NCBI GenBank assembly: GCA_024682835.1
Contig: JAIKYU010000096.1
Span: forward strand, 3,101 to 67,100
Reading direction: 5' to 3'
DNA length: 64,000 bases
Source of the DNA: Lachnospiraceae bacterium
Lineage (GTDB): Bacteria; Bacillota; Clostridia; Lachnospirales; Lachnospiraceae
A model generated the notes under the pieces. That model made no database searches. It worked only from the letters and a program-made list of their open reading frames with translations, and had not been told where the DNA came from. Made by a program: the position numbers and the translations under genes. Positions 37,047 to 48,122 of this stretch are shown here, piece after piece; the stretch's first letter is position 1; each line of letters starts with the position of its first letter.

Positions 37047-40000
37047 TTATCTGCCGCCATCCGGGCTCAAAAGCAGCCGTTCCATGGCGGTTATCAATTC
37101 CTCTGCGCGGGACAGCAGCACCGCTTCCCCCGCCTTTCCGGTTTCCACCGCGCGATAGGCAAGGACAAACTCCGGTGTCCCAGTAGCATAAAACGTGAGT
37201 GAACCGTTGTACTGGGTGAGCAACGGTGCGATTCCGGCCGCGTTTACCTTCGCGTCCTTGCGGAGCTTGACGGAGATACTGCCGGGCCGGCCGGTCATCT
37301 GCACGATGTACAGCCGGTGTGCTCTCCCGCGCAGCACACTGATCCGGAGCAGGTTTTCGACGGGCTGCGGGGGCGTCCCGAACCGGTCGTTCAGCTCCTG
37401 TGTCATGTCGTCCTTTTCCGCTTCCCCCTCCACCGAGGCAATTCGCTTGTAGACCTCCAGCTTCTGCTCCTCGTTGAGGATGTATTCCGCCGGAATGAAA
37501 GCGTCCGCCGTGAGATCCACCGACGTGGTAAACATCGAAAGCCTGTCCGGCTCCCCGGCGTCCTCCTTCTTTTCTCTGACCGCCTGGGAGAGCAGCTTGC
37601 AGTATAGATCGTATCCGATCTCCCTGATGTGTCCGCTCTGGCTCTTTCCCAGCAGATTGCCCGCGCCGCGGATCTCCAGATCCCGCATGGCGATCTTGTA
37701 ACCGCTTCCGAGATCCGTAAACTCCCTGATTGCCAGCAATCGCTTCTCAGCGACCTCCCGCAAGAGCTTGTCCCGCTGGTACAGAAGAAAGGCATAGGCC
37801 GTCCGGTTGGAACGGCCGACGCGTCCGCGCAGCTGGTAGAGCTGCGACAGACCCATTTTATCGGCATCATGAATGATCATCGTGTTGACGTTTGGAATGT
37901 CCAGTCCGGTTTCGATGATCGTCGTCGATACCAGCACGTCAATCTGCCCGTCGATGAAATCATACATGATTTTTTCAAGCTCGTGCTCGGGCATCTGACC
38001 GTGCGCATAGGCGATCCGGGCATTCGGAATCAGCGCCTGAAGAGAGGCTGCCGTCTCCGCAATCCGGTTGACTCTGTTATAAACATAGTACACCTGCCCT
38101 TTTCTTGCAAGCTCTCTCGTGATCGCTTCCCGCACCAGTTCCTCGTGATACTCCGTGACATAGGTCTGAATCGGGAGGCGATCGTTCGGCGCCTCCTCCA
38201 GCAGGCTCATGTCGCGGATTCCGACCAGACTCATATGCAGGGTTCTGGGAATCGGCGTGGCAGACAGGGTCAGGACATCCACATTCTCCCGGAGCTTTTT
38301 GATTTTTTCTTTATGTGCCACCCCGAAGCGCTGCTCCTCATCGACGATCAGCAGTCCGAGATCCGAAAAATGCATATCCTTTGAGAGCAGACGATGGGTG
38401 CCGATGACGATGTCCACCGTTCCTTTTCCCACACCCTCGACCGTTTTTTTCTGTTCGGCCTGCGTCCTGAAACGCGAGAGCAGCTCGATACGGACGGGAT
38501 AGTTCTGCATGCGCCGCACAAAGGTGTTGTAATGCTGCTGTGCCAGAATCGTCGTGGGAACAAGAAGCGCCACCTGCTTGCCGTCCTGAACGGCCTTAAA
38601 GGCCGCGCGAATCGCGATCTCCGTCTTACCGAAGCCGACATCGCCGCAGATCAGTCGATCCATGATGCGGGAGGATTCCATGTCCTCCTTGACCGCCTCG
38701 ATGGCATCCAGCTGATCCGCCGTTTCCTCAAAGGGAAAGGAATCCTCAAATTCCTTCTGCCACACCGAATCGCGTCCGAAGGCGAAGCCCTTTTCGCCCT
38801 GGCGTCTGGCGTAAAGCTCCACCAGATCCTGGGCGATCTCGTCCACGGCACTGCGGACCCGGGACTTGGTGTGCTGCCATTCGGTGCCGCCCAGCCTGTT
38901 GAGCTTTACCCTGCGCGGTTTGCCCTCCTCATCCGCGCCCGCGGCATATTTCTGCAGAACGTCCACGCCCGTCGCCAGCACATATAGAATGCCGCCGTCT
39001 CCGTATTCCACCTTGACGTAATCGCGCACGGCCGCGTCCGTTTCGATCTTTTCAATTCCCCGGTAGATACCCAGTCCGTGATCCTCATGAACCACGTAAT
39101 CGCCGGGCTTGAGCTCCGCAAAGCTCCCGATCTTTTCCCCGCGGTAGGTGGATCGCTTCTTTCTTCGCTGCTTTCTGTCCTGCGTGAAGATATCGCCCTC
39201 GGAAATCAGGGAAAAACGGGCCTCGGGAAGTGCAAACCCCCGCGTCAGCTGCCCGTAATAGAGCATGGTCTCACCGGGCTGCAGCACACGCATCGGATCC
39301 TCGTTGTAGAAGGCCGTGATATCGAAATCCCGCAGTTCCTCCACCAGACGCTTTGCACGCGAACGGATGCCGGAGATGAGAATGACTTTCTCCTTATGCT
39401 GCGTCTTTTTTCTGACCTCCGCCGCAAGGCTGGCAAAATCATTGTTGTAGGAGGGAATGCCCGTCGTATGGACAAAGAAGCTTTTTTCCGGCTTCAGGTT
39501 TTCCTCGCCGGAGGGAAGCTCCAGTGCGCTCACGGCGAGATACCGTCTCTGTCCCAGCGCGGCAAATGCACTTTCGGGCGGCATTAAAAGTTCACCCTCC
39601 CCCGGCAGACACAGCCCCGCCATCGTCCGGTGCGCCTGGCTCTCCGCAAACTCCCGGTAGATCTCTCTTGCCTGCTCTAAAACCCGCGCCGGCTCATCAA
39701 GGAATATTGCGCTCTCCTCCGGCGGAAAATAATCCGGAAGACTCACCGGCCTGTCACAGAAATAGCGCAGATACGGATCCGCATTGACACTGCCGGGCGT
39801 TTCGCGCATCGCTTCCAGCAGTGCCTCCATGTCGGCTTTCAGCCGGTGCGCCTCTTTGGTCAGCATCTGTCCGCGCAGCTTTTCTTCCGTTTCCGCCGCC
39901 TCTTTTGCAATCCGCGCCAGTCCGCGCTCCTTCTCCTTTTGTGTGAGAATCAGCTCCGTCGCGGGATAGATCGTTACTGTCTCCAGTTTTTCAAAGGAGC

Positions 40001-40628
40001 GCTGGGAGAGGATATCAAAGCTTCGGATGGACGTGATCTCATCTCCCCAGAACTCAAAACGATACGGTGTATCCTGCGTCAGGTCAAAGACATCCAGAAT
40101 ATCCCCCCGGACCGCATATTGCCCCGGTGCCTCGACAAACGGCGTCCGCTGGTATCCCAGCTCGATCAGACGGGGAATCAGTGTCTCCTCGGATAACGGT
40201 TTTCTCCTATCCACCTGGATTCTTGCTTCCCTGTAGACCTCCAGCGGGAGCTGCGGGGTGAGGAGGGAAGCCGCCGCAGCCACAAGCGTCATCGGTCTGC
40301 CGTCAATCCGCCTTCTGAGTGCGCGCAGTCTTTCTGCTTCAATTTCATTGCTGTGGATATCCGCCTGGAAGAAAATGACGTCCTTGGACGGCCAGGCAAC
40401 GGTGTTGCGATCATAGAAGCGGTATTCCTCCGCGAGCTCCCGGCAGCGCAGCTCATTGTGCGTGATGATCAGCCGGTAGCGCGTCCCCGCGGAAAGCGCA
40501 TCAAAAAACGCGCCCTTTGCCGCATCCTGCGGTCCCACCAGACCTAAGGGGCCCTCTGCACCCTCCCACGCACTTTTCAGTTCCCGAAAGCTCCCGATTT
40601 CCAGGAGCGCCGCTTCGATCGCTCTCAT
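37047..40628 (-). CDS. mfd: Transcription-repair coupling factor
   Basis: UvrB-like N-terminus, CarD/RID domain, GDVGFGKTE, VDEEQRFG, QLRGRVGRS. Confidence 0.98.
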   Translation of the reverse strand: MRAIEAALLEIGSFRELKSAWEGAEGPLGLVGPQDAAKGAFFDALSAGTRYRLIITHNELRCRELAEEYRFYDRNTVAWPSKDVIFFQADIHSNEIEAERLRALRRRIDGRPMTLVAAAASLLTPQLPLEVYREARIQVDRRKPLSEETLIPRLIELGYQRTPFVEAPGQYAVRGDILDVFDLTQDTPYRFEFWGDEITSIRSFDILSQRSFEKLETVTIYPATELILTQKEKERGLARIAKEAAETEEKLRGQMLTKEAHRLKADMEALLEAMRETPGSVNADPYLRYFCDRPVSLPDYFPPEESAIFLDEPARVLEQAREIYREFAESQAHRTMAGLCLPGEGELLMPPESAFAALGQRRYLAVSALELPSGEENLKPEKSFFVHTTGIPSYNNDFASLAAEVRKKTQHKEKVILISGIRSRAKRLVEELRDFDITAFYNEDPMRVLQPGETMLYYGQLTRGFALPEARFSLISEGDIFTQDRKQRRKKRSTYRGEKIGSFAELKPGDYVVHEDHGLGIYRGIEKIETDAAVRDYVKVEYGDGGILYVLATGVDVLQKYAAGADEEGKPRRVKLNRLGGTEWQHTKSRVRSAVDEIAQDLVELYARRQGEKGFAFGRDSVWQKEFEDSFPFEETADQLDAIEAVKEDMESSRIMDRLICGDVGFGKTEIAIRAAFKAVQDGKQVALLVPTTILAQQHYNTFVRRMQNYPVRIELLSRFRTQAEQKKTVEGVGKGTVDIVIGTHRLLSKDMHFSDLGLLIVDEEQRFGVAHKEKIKKLRENVDVLTLSATPIPRTLHMSLVGIRDMSLLEEAPNDRLPIQTYVTEYHEELVREAITRELARKGQVYYVYNRVNRIAETAASLQALIPNARIAYAHGQMPEHELEKIMYDFIDGQIDVLVSTTIIETGLDIPNVNTMIIHDADKMGLSQLYQLRGRVGRSNRTAYAFLLYQRDKLLREVAEKRLLAIREFTDLGSGYKIAMRDLEIRGAGNLLGKSQSGHIREIGYDLYCKLLSQAVREKKEDAGEPDRLSMFTTSVDLTADAFIPAEYILNEEQKLEVYKRIASVEGEAEKDDMTQELNDRFGTPPQPVENLLRISVLRGRAHRLYIVQMTGRPGSISVKLRKDAKVNAAGIAPLLTQYNGSLTFYATGTPEFVLAYRAVETGKAGEAVLLSRAEELITAMERLLLSPDGGR

Positions 40629-41215
40629 TCGCTCCCCGGTTCCGCCTGAGTTTTTCTGTTAAAACGGTTCATTGCCGCATCCATTCCTTCCGCTATCACG
40701 GTTTCCACGCAGTCCGCCGCCAGATCCAGCGCGGCATTCATCTCTTCCCAGTCCGCGCGGTCAAACGTTCCCAGAACGTGGGGGATCAGATTCCCTCCGG
40801 CAACCGCCTCCCCCACCCCCAGACGCAGTCTGGGAAAGCGGTCCGTTCCGAGCATCGAAATGATATTTTTAAGCCCGTTGTGACCGCCTGCGCTGCCTCC
40901 CTTTCTGAGACGCAGCATCCCCGTCGGAAGGTGGATGTCATCAACGATCACGAGCAGTCCCGTCTCGGGATCAATCCGGTAATAGGCCGTCAGCGCCTGC
41001 AGGCTCTCCCCGCTGGCGTTCATATAGGTCTGCGGTTTGCACAGAAGCACCTTTTCCCCCGCGATCACACCGGTTCCGGTGAGGGCCTTTCCCTCGCGCT
41101 TTGCCATCGTGATCCCATATCTGTCCGCCAGGCGCTCCACGGCCAGAAAACCCGTGTTGTGACGGGTTGCCGCGTACCGGTTCTCCGGATTGCCAAGACC
41201 TGCTATCAGAAGCAT
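40625..41215 (-). CDS. pth: Peptidyl-tRNA hydrolase
   Basis: GLGNP, TRHNTG, KPQTYMN, GGHNGLK. Confidence 0.97.
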   Translation of the reverse strand: MLLIAGLGNPENRYAATRHNTGFLAVERLADRYGITMAKREGKALTGTGVIAGEKVLLCKPQTYMNASGESLQALTAYYRIDPETGLLVIVDDIHLPTGMLRLRKGGSAGGHNGLKNIISMLGTDRFPRLRLGVGEAVAGGNLIPHVLGTFDRADWEEMNAALDLAADCVETVIAEGMDAAMNRFNRKTQAEPGSE

Positions 41216-41367
41216 CTGTTCCCGTTCCCTTCCGTCAGCGGCAGCTCATACTTATGCGGCATGCCGCAACAAAGAGGAACGATTCCAACGAACCGTCCCT
41301 GTGTCCGTGTTGTACAGCCGGATTCCTTTCGTGAAACCCGTCAGATCTGTCTAGATCCGCAAGTCGT

Positions 41368-41667
41368 CTAGCCGATCGTGTCTTCAGGCGAATCGGAGTA
41401 CTCGTCCATGGAGGCCAGCGCCTCACGATAACCCGCCAGAATCTGCTCCTGAATCACCGCCCGCATCTCCTTGTTGATCGGATGAGCCACGTCACGGTAT
41501 GTGCCGTCCGCCGACTTCTTGCTCGGCATTGCGATAAACAGGCCGCTGTCGCCGTCGATCACCTTGATGTCGTGCACAACGAACTCGTTGTCAAACGTCA
41601 CGGATACAACCGCTCTCATCTTGCCCTCACGGGTCACCTTGCGCACACGTACATCTGTAATTTGCAT
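41368..41667 (-). CDS. spoVG: SpoVG family nucleic-acid-binding regulator
   Basis: [30 protein letters not shown]. Confidence 0.95.
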   Translation of the reverse strand: MQITDVRVRKVTREGKMRAVVSVTFDNEFVVHDIKVIDGDSGLFIAMPSKKSADGTYRDVAHPINKEMRAVIQEQILAGYREALASMDEYSDSPEDTIG

Positions 41668-41702
41668 CTCCCCTTCTCCTTCCCCCCAGGATTGTTGATC
41701 AG

Positions 41703-41731
41703 ATTATACAGATATCTGACGATTTTTACAA
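41703..41731 (-). promoter_or_regulatory. Sigma-A promoter of spoVG
   Basis: TTGTAA-17-TATAAT, overlapping the glgD stop codon. Confidence 0.7.
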
Positions 41732-42844
41732 TACAAACCTTTCATTGTTTTCCTCCACAATACGGACCTCTCCCTCGCTTTTGAAGAACGAGTTGGTCTG
41801 CAGGGTGCTGTGGCTCTCCACGATACAATTTTCAATGTAGGTATTGTCTCCGACATAGATATCATCCAGCAGAATGGAATTCTTAATAAAGCAGTTGCTC
41901 CCGATAAAAGTCCCCTTAAAGAGCACCGAATCCTCCACCACACCGTTGATGATGCAGCCACTGGAGATGAGACTGTTCTGCACTTTGGCGCCGACGTTGT
42001 ACTTGGCGGGCGGTCTGTCCTCCACTTTGGTGTAGATATCCGGATGTGTCCGGAAAAACCAGGTGCGAATCTCCGGCTTCAGGAAATCCATATTCGTGGA
42101 GAAGTAATCGTCCACCGAGGCAATATTGCTCCAGTAACCGTCGAAAAGATACCCGTAGATCTTTTTCGAGCTGCGGTAACGGATCAGGATGTCCCGCACG
42201 AAATCATAACGCCCCTCCAGATCGCTCTGCTCAATGAGTTCGATGAGCTGTCTGCGCCTGATCACATAGATCCCGCAGGAAATGGTGTTTGAGTGGGCAA
42301 CGATGGGTTTTTCCTCAAATTCCTCTATGCGGCCGTTTTCATCCATACGCAGCGTTCCGTAACGCTCCGTGTCATAATCACCGGAAACCTCCTTGCAGAC
42401 AACGGTAATATCCGCATTCTTCTCGATGTGATAATCGAGGACCCGGTTATAATCCATCTTATACACGCAGTCACCGGAGGTGATGATGACATACGGCTCA
42501 TGGCATTCCTTGAGAAAATGAAGATTCTGTGCGATTGCATCCGCGGTTCCGCGGTACCAGAAGCCGTTCTCTGCCGTGATTGCCGGCGTAAAGGTGTAAA
42601 GACCGCCCTGTTTACGCCCGAAATCCCACCACTTGGAGCTGGAGAGATGCTCATTAAGACTGCCCGCATGGTACTGGGTGAAAACAGCAACGGTCTGAAT
42701 ATGGGAATTGGACATATTGCTCAGTGCAAAATCAATCGACCTGTAAAAGCCCGCGATGGGCATGGCACACACCGCGCGCTTTCTGGAGAGTTCCCTCATT
42801 CTGCTGCTGCCGCCGCCGGCAAGTATGATTCCTATCGCTTTCAA
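41726..42844 (-). CDS. glgD: Glucose-1-phosphate adenylyltransferase subunit GlgD
   Basis: GlgC paralog with a degenerate catalytic loop, next to glgC. Confidence 0.92.
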   Translation of the reverse strand: MKAIGIILAGGGSSRMRELSRKRAVCAMPIAGFYRSIDFALSNMSNSHIQTVAVFTQYHAGSLNEHLSSSKWWDFGRKQGGLYTFTPAITAENGFWYRGTADAIAQNLHFLKECHEPYVIITSGDCVYKMDYNRVLDYHIEKNADITVVCKEVSGDYDTERYGTLRMDENGRIEEFEEKPIVAHSNTISCGIYVIRRRQLIELIEQSDLEGRYDFVRDILIRYRSSKKIYGYLFDGYWSNIASVDDYFSTNMDFLKPEIRTWFFRTHPDIYTKVEDRPPAKYNVGAKVQNSLISSGCIINGVVEDSVLFKGTFIGSNCFIKNSILLDDIYVGDNTYIENCIVESHSTLQTNSFFKSEGEVRIVEENNERFVL

Positions 42845-42846
42845 GC

Positions 42847-44109
42847 CTACATCCTCGATAATGTCCTGCCGCTCGCCAGCTCTCCGTGGGGATAATCGGT
42901 CGCGGCAGTCTGTCCGAAAATCATCACGTTTTTTCCAATGGTCACACCGTCCGGAATGACACTGCCCTCGCCGATCGTGCAGAGTCCGTCGCAGTAAATA
43001 TGCGGATCCGTCTCGTTGTCCCGCTCCTCGAAGGCACCGATACGCACATTGTCGCCGATGTGCACCTCTTCCGCAGCGATCACTTTGTCCAGCTCGCAGC
43101 CTTTTCCGATCACACAGTCATTCATCAGAATGGAATTTCTCACGCGTGCCCCCTCGCCGATATGCACGCCACAGCCGATGACCGAGCCCTCGACATCACC
43201 GTAAATCTCAGCGCCTTCGCCGATGATTGAGCGCTCGATGCGTGCGTCGCGGCCGAAATACTGCGGCGGCTGCGGGAGACTCTTCGTGTAGATTTTCCAG
43301 TATTCCTCATAGAGGTTGAATTCCGGAACGATATCGATCAGCTCCATATTGGCCTGCCAGTAGGAGGTCAGCGTCCCGACATCCTTCCAGTAGCCCTCGA
43401 ATTCCCATGCATACAATGCATACCCCGCCTTCTTGCACCAGGGAATGACATGCTTTCCGAAATCCAGTCCCGACTGACGGGCATTCTCGGAGAGGGATCG
43501 CCGCAGCGCGTCTCTGGAAAAGATATAGATGCCCATGGAAGCCAGATTGCTGCGCGGATTTTCCGGCTTTTCCTCAAAATCCACGATCCGGCCGGAGCCG
43601 TCCGTGATCATGATGCCGAAGCGTTTCGCCTCCTCCATCGGAACGGGCATGACGGCAATGGTCACATCCGCACCGCTCTTCTTATGGTAGAAGAGCATCT
43701 GTTCATAGTCCATCTTGTAGATATGGTCGCCGGAGAGAATCAGCACATAGTCCGGATGATAGCTCTCCATATATTCCATATTCTGGTAGATGGCATTGGC
43801 TGTGCCGGTGTACCACTCGGTATTGGAAATCTTTTCATAGGGGGGAAGCACGGTAACGCCGCCGACGTTGCGGTCCAGATCCCACGGGATGCCGATGCCG
43901 ATGTGGGAATTGAGCCTTAAGGGCTGATACTGCGTCAGCACACCCACCGTATCGATCCCGGAATTGATGCAGTTGCTCAAGGGGAAATCAATGATCCGGT
44001 ACTTGCCCCCGAAGGACACCGCCGGCTTTGCCATTCTGGCCGTGAGCACTCCGAGTCTGCTGCCCTGGCCGCCCGCCAGAAGCATGGCGATCATTTCCTT
44101 TTTTACCAC
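42847..44109 (-). CDS. glgC: Glucose-1-phosphate adenylyltransferase
   Basis: [35 protein letters not shown]. Confidence 0.96.
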   Translation of the reverse strand: MVKKEMIAMLLAGGQGSRLGVLTARMAKPAVSFGGKYRIIDFPLSNCINSGIDTVGVLTQYQPLRLNSHIGIGIPWDLDRNVGGVTVLPPYEKISNTEWYTGTANAIYQNMEYMESYHPDYVLILSGDHIYKMDYEQMLFYHKKSGADVTIAVMPVPMEEAKRFGIMITDGSGRIVDFEEKPENPRSNLASMGIYIFSRDALRRSLSENARQSGLDFGKHVIPWCKKAGYALYAWEFEGYWKDVGTLTSYWQANMELIDIVPEFNLYEEYWKIYTKSLPQPPQYFGRDARIERSIIGEGAEIYGDVEGSVIGCGVHIGEGARVRNSILMNDCVIGKGCELDKVIAAEEVHIGDNVRIGAFEERDNETDPHIYCDGLCTIGEGSVIPDGVTIGKNVMIFGQTAATDYPHGELASGRTLSRM

Positions 44110-44408
44110 TGCCGCTCCTTGTTTCTTTGTCAGAAAACCTGTGCAACGTCTTTGATTACAGGAAACAGTATAGCACAGACCGCGGAAAAAGTGAAGTGTA
44201 CAAATCAGGAGTTAATACTTATAATAATGATGTCAGGGTCTATGCTCATGCGTCGCTCATGCTTCCTGTTGACGCAAAAGTGCAACGAAATCAACGATTT
44301 CCGCACTTCCAGTGTGCATGAAACGCCACATGAGCCTGGAATCCGCCCGAAGCGGAGCAATCCGTGGACATCGTTTTCTGTAAAAAAATAACCATCCGGG
44401 AGGCTTCT

Positions 44409-45824
44409 ATGTACAAAATTGATTTCAATCATCCCATCCATGTCCACTTCATCGGCATCGGCGGCGTCTCCATGAGCGGACTGGCAGAGATGCTGGCAAG
44501 CCGGGGTTTTACCGTCACCGGCTCCGACCGTTCGCCGTCCGGGCTCACGGACAGGCTTGAGGCCGGCGGCATCGAGGTGTCCTTTCCGCAGTGCGCCGAA
44601 AACATCACCAGGTATTCGGGCACGGATGCGATCGATCTCGTGGTTTTCACGGCGGCCATCCATGAGGACAATCCGGAGTATGCCGCAGCCCGGGAGAGCG
44701 GCATCCCCATGATGACCCGGGCGGCGCTGTTAGGGCAGATCATGGCACAGTACCCCCATTCCTTTGCCGTCGCCGGGACGCACGGCAAAACCACCACCAC
44801 TGCCATGATCACGCAGATTCTGTCCGCGCCGGATATTGATCCGACGGTTTCCATCGGCGCCGTATACCCCGCCCTCGGCGGAAACTACCGCATCGGAAAG
44901 GGAGATACCTTCATTGCGGAGGCCTGCGAATATACGAACAGCTTTTTAAGCCTCTTCCCGAAGGTCGGCGTCATTCTGAATATCGAAGCAGATCACCTGG
45001 ATTTCTTCCGGGATCTGGCGGATATACGCGCCTCCTTCCGCTGCTTTGCCGCGCAGATTCCCGAAGACGGGACGCTGGTGATCGGCTCGGAGATCGATAA
45101 TCTCCGTGAGATCACGGACGGACTTCCCTGCAAAAACATCGTCACCTTCGGTCTTGGCGGTGAAGCCGATGTCCGGGCGACGGACATTCGTCCGACTCTT
45201 TCCCCCGACGGAGAGACACTGACCTCATTCCGGGTCGTCTTTCGGGACGGAAGCAGTCCCGTCACGATCACCCTTCGCGTTCCCGGCCTTCACAATGTAA
45301 AAAACGCGCTGGCCGCCATTGCCGCCGCCCGTGTCCGTGAACCCGATACGGGCCGGATTGTCAGCGGGCTGGAAGACTTTCGCGGCGCCAGCCGCCGTTT
45401 TGAACGTCTTGGCGTGTGGCATGGCATCACAATCGTTGACGATTACGCGCATCACCCCACAGAGATCACTGCAACGCTTACCGCTGCGCGCTCCATGGGT
45501 TTTAAACGCATCTGGTGTGCGTTCCAGCCGCACACCTATTCCCGCACGAAAGCGCTGATGGAGGAGTTTGCCGCGGCACTCTCGGGCGCGGACCGCGTCG
45601 TGCTGTCCGATATCTACGCCGCACGCGAGACGGATCATCTGGGTATTTCCTCCCGCACGCTACAGGAAAAAATACGGGATTCCGGTCATGAATGTGACTA
45701 TTTTCCGTCTTTTTCGGAGATCCGGCAATTTCTTTCAGAAAATTGTTCGGAGGGAGATCTGTTGATATTCATGGGTGCCGGAGAAATCGACAAAATCGGT
45801 ATTTCCATGCTGGCTGACGATTGA
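44409..45824 (+). CDS. murC: UDP-N-acetylmuramate-L-alanine ligase
   Basis: HFIGIGGVSMSG, GTHGKTTTT, EACEY, DDYAHHPTE; start moved to MYKIDF. Confidence 0.95.
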   Translation: MYKIDFNHPIHVHFIGIGGVSMSGLAEMLASRGFTVTGSDRSPSGLTDRLEAGGIEVSFPQCAENITRYSGTDAIDLVVFTAAIHEDNPEYAAARESGIPMMTRAALLGQIMAQYPHSFAVAGTHGKTTTTAMITQILSAPDIDPTVSIGAVYPALGGNYRIGKGDTFIAEACEYTNSFLSLFPKVGVILNIEADHLDFFRDLADIRASFRCFAAQIPEDGTLVIGSEIDNLREITDGLPCKNIVTFGLGGEADVRATDIRPTLSPDGETLTSFRVVFRDGSSPVTITLRVPGLHNVKNALAAIAAARVREPDTGRIVSGLEDFRGASRRFERLGVWHGITIVDDYAHHPTEITATLTAARSMGFKRIWCAFQPHTYSRTKALMEEFAAALSGADRVVLSDIYAARETDHLGISSRTLQEKIRDSGHECDYFPSFSEIRQFLSENCSEGDLLIFMGAGEIDKIGISMLADD

Positions 45825-45985
45825 TTATCCACTTTTTCCCCAACCGGACCCTGTGTTTTTTCCCGATCACCCGGTGGGAAAGGAAGAACGAAATCTGTGT
45901 GTGCGGAGCGATTCCTCCACGGTTTCCACATTTCCCACACGCAGTCGGAACGCCCGTCGTTTCAGCGTTTGCGGCTATTTTGCAC

Positions 45986-46015
45986 TTGGCTTTTCACGAA
46001 ACGCTATGCTATAAT
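45986..46015 (+). promoter_or_regulatory. Sigma-A promoter of dnaD-dnaC
   Basis: TTGGCT-18-TATAAT with extended TGn. Confidence 0.65.
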
Positions 46016-46085
46016 CACCCATACGGGGAGACGGGCGAGGCGACAAACCTCACGTATGCCGCCCCGCACTTGGGAGAATAAGCTT

Positions 46086-47147
46086 ATGATGGGACGGGTT
46101 TCAATCAATCGGGAACAGGTGCCGGAGACAGATACTACCGCTGTTTCCAACGTGTTTATCGATAAATATATGACGCAGGCCAATGACGCGCAACTCAAGA
46201 TCTACCTTTATCTTCTTCGCATGATGCGTGCGGGTCTTCCGACGAGTCTGTCGGATCTGGCCGACCGCTTCAACCTCACGGAAAAGGATGTGACACGCGC
46301 GCTGAAATTCTGGGAAAAGCGCGGCATCCTGTCGATGGAGTATGACAGCGACAAGAAGCTGTCCGGGATTCATGTCGAGGATCTTTCGTCGCATGAGACT
46401 GTCGGGGAGACGGCACCGTCCGCACACACGGCCGACGCAGAAGACGATTTTCCGGAGGATACGCAGGCGCCCGCACCGGTTTTCAAGACCCCGGGAAAGA
46501 CGGACAGCGACTGCTCCCAGCTGCTTTTCATTGCCGAGCAGTATCTGGGCCGGCCGCTCAGCGTCGCCGACACCCGGTCCCTTCTTTATATCCATGACAA
46601 TCTTCAGTTTTCCGATGCTCTGCTGGACTATCTTCTGCAGTATTGCGTGGAGCGCGGCAAGAAGGATTTTCGCTATATGGAGCGCGTTGCCGTCCGCTGG
46701 AGGGAATCCGGCTATGAGACACCCGAGCAGGCCAGACGCGGCAGCTTCAAGTATGACAAACGGATCTACGAGATTATGGATCTGCTGGGACTGAACAATC
46801 TGCCCACCGCCACGGAAGCGGAATTTGTCAATCGGTGGATCTGCGAGTATCACATGCCAATCGATATCATCCGGGAGGCGTGCGCGCGCACGGTTCGGGC
46901 CACGCAGAAGCACCGTCTGGAATACGCTGACAAGATTCTGCTCAACTGGCATCAGGCAGGCGTCAGCAGGAAAAACGACATCAGACAGCTGGACGAAATG
47001 CACGAGGGTCGCAAAAAGGCATCCGCCGAATCCGCCCCCGCTGCCGGAAGCACATCCGCCGGAGGTGCCCGCAACACCCGGATTCACAACTTTCCGGAAC
47101 GCAACTACGATTTTTCACTGCTGGAAAAGCAGCTGGTTCAAAACTGA
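46086..47147 (+). CDS. dnaD: DnaD/DnaB_C domain primosomal protein
   Basis: VSNVFIDKYM, winged-helix N-terminus, two DnaD domains (YMERVA..W; YADKILLNW). Confidence 0.85.
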   Translation: MMGRVSINREQVPETDTTAVSNVFIDKYMTQANDAQLKIYLYLLRMMRAGLPTSLSDLADRFNLTEKDVTRALKFWEKRGILSMEYDSDKKLSGIHVEDLSSHETVGETAPSAHTADAEDDFPEDTQAPAPVFKTPGKTDSDCSQLLFIAEQYLGRPLSVADTRSLLYIHDNLQFSDALLDYLLQYCVERGKKDFRYMERVAVRWRESGYETPEQARRGSFKYDKRIYEIMDLLGLNNLPTATEAEFVNRWICEYHMPIDIIREACARTVRATQKHRLEYADKILLNWHQAGVSRKNDIRQLDEMHEGRKKASAESAPAAGSTSAGGARNTRIHNFPERNYDFSLLEKQLVQN

Positions 47148-47159
47148 GGAGTTCGCGAT

Positions 47160-48122
47160 TTGGCGCTGACCAACGAACAATATGACCGGATCATGCGGGA
47201 TTATGAGCAAAAGCAGCGCGAAGCCCGCCGCGAGCATGACCGCAGACTTGAAGAAATCCTCCGGAAGATTCCGGAGTTCGGCGAGTTAAGCCAGTCCGCC
47301 GCTTCTGCTGTCGCCGCCTTTTCCGCCGGTCTCATGAACAGCGAGTCCGACGCATCCGGCACCAGAGAGCGGCTGCGTTCTATCGCCGGTCAGCGCGAAG
47401 CCCTGTTAACGAAGGCCGGTTTTCCCGCCGATTATCTGGAAGCCGTCTATTCCTGTCCGGACTGTCAGGATACCGGCTTCATCGGCCGTGAGAAATGCCA
47501 TTGCTTCAGGCAGAAGGAAGTGGCTCTTTTGTACAGTCAGTCCCATTTGGGGAGTGTCTCCGATGAATCCCGCTTTTCCAGCCTTCGCGAGGACGTCTAC
47601 GGAGACGATACGGAATCCCTGCGCCGTTTTCAAAACGCGCGGGATGCTTCGCTTGCATTCGTCCGCGCATTTCCGGACAATGACAAAAACCTGCTCTTTA
47701 TGGGCGGTGTCGGCACAGGCAAGACGACGCTTTCCGGCTGTATCGCCCGTGAATTGCTGGATCGCGGATTTTCAGTCATCTACTTCAGTGCCGTCGCTTT
47801 GTTTGAGCATCTCGCAGAGATCCGGTTTTCCAGAGAATCCGACGATGAAAGGACAGATCCCCACGGGGATCTGTATGACTGTGACCTGCTGGTCATCGAT
47901 GATCTCGGTACCGAGCTGACCAATGCCTTCTCGGCCGAGCAGCTGTTCAACCTGCTGAATGAGCGCATTTTCCGCAAAAAGCACATGATCATCTCGACCA
48001 ATCTTGGTCTGGATGAGCTCCAGCGCGTCTACGCGGAACGGATTTTCTCTCGCATCACCAGCAGCTTCTCCATCTGGAAGCTGACCGGCAACGATATCAG
48101 ACTGAGGATACGCATGCAGTAA
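47160..48122 (+). CDS. DnaC/DnaI-like helicase loader ATPase
   Basis: CPDC...C.C zinc site, GGVGTGKT, LVIDDLGTE, ISTNL. Confidence 0.88.
   Translation: MALTNEQYDRIMRDYEQKQREARREHDRRLEEILRKIPEFGELSQSAASAVAAFSAGLMNSESDASGTRERLRSIAGQREALLTKAGFPADYLEAVYSCPDCQDTGFIGREKCHCFRQKEVALLYSQSHLGSVSDESRFSSLREDVYGDDTESLRRFQNARDASLAFVRAFPDNDKNLLFMGGVGTGKTTLSGCIARELLDRGFSVIYFSAVALFEHLAEIRFSRESDDERTDPHGDLYDCDLLVIDDLGTELTNAFSAEQLFNLLNERIFRKKHMIISTNLGLDELQRVYAERIFSRITSSFSIWKLTGNDIRLRIRMQ

Noticed and set aside
41255-41268. Perfect 14-bp palindrome TGCGGCATGCCGCA between spoVG and pth
   Set aside because: No U-tract, no second copy noticed and no promoter context; cannot be assigned
47160-48122. IS21 IstB helper ATPase
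   Set aside because: No IstA transposase or inverted repeats; the zinc-binding N-terminus and dnaD linkage indicate a chromosomal helicase loader
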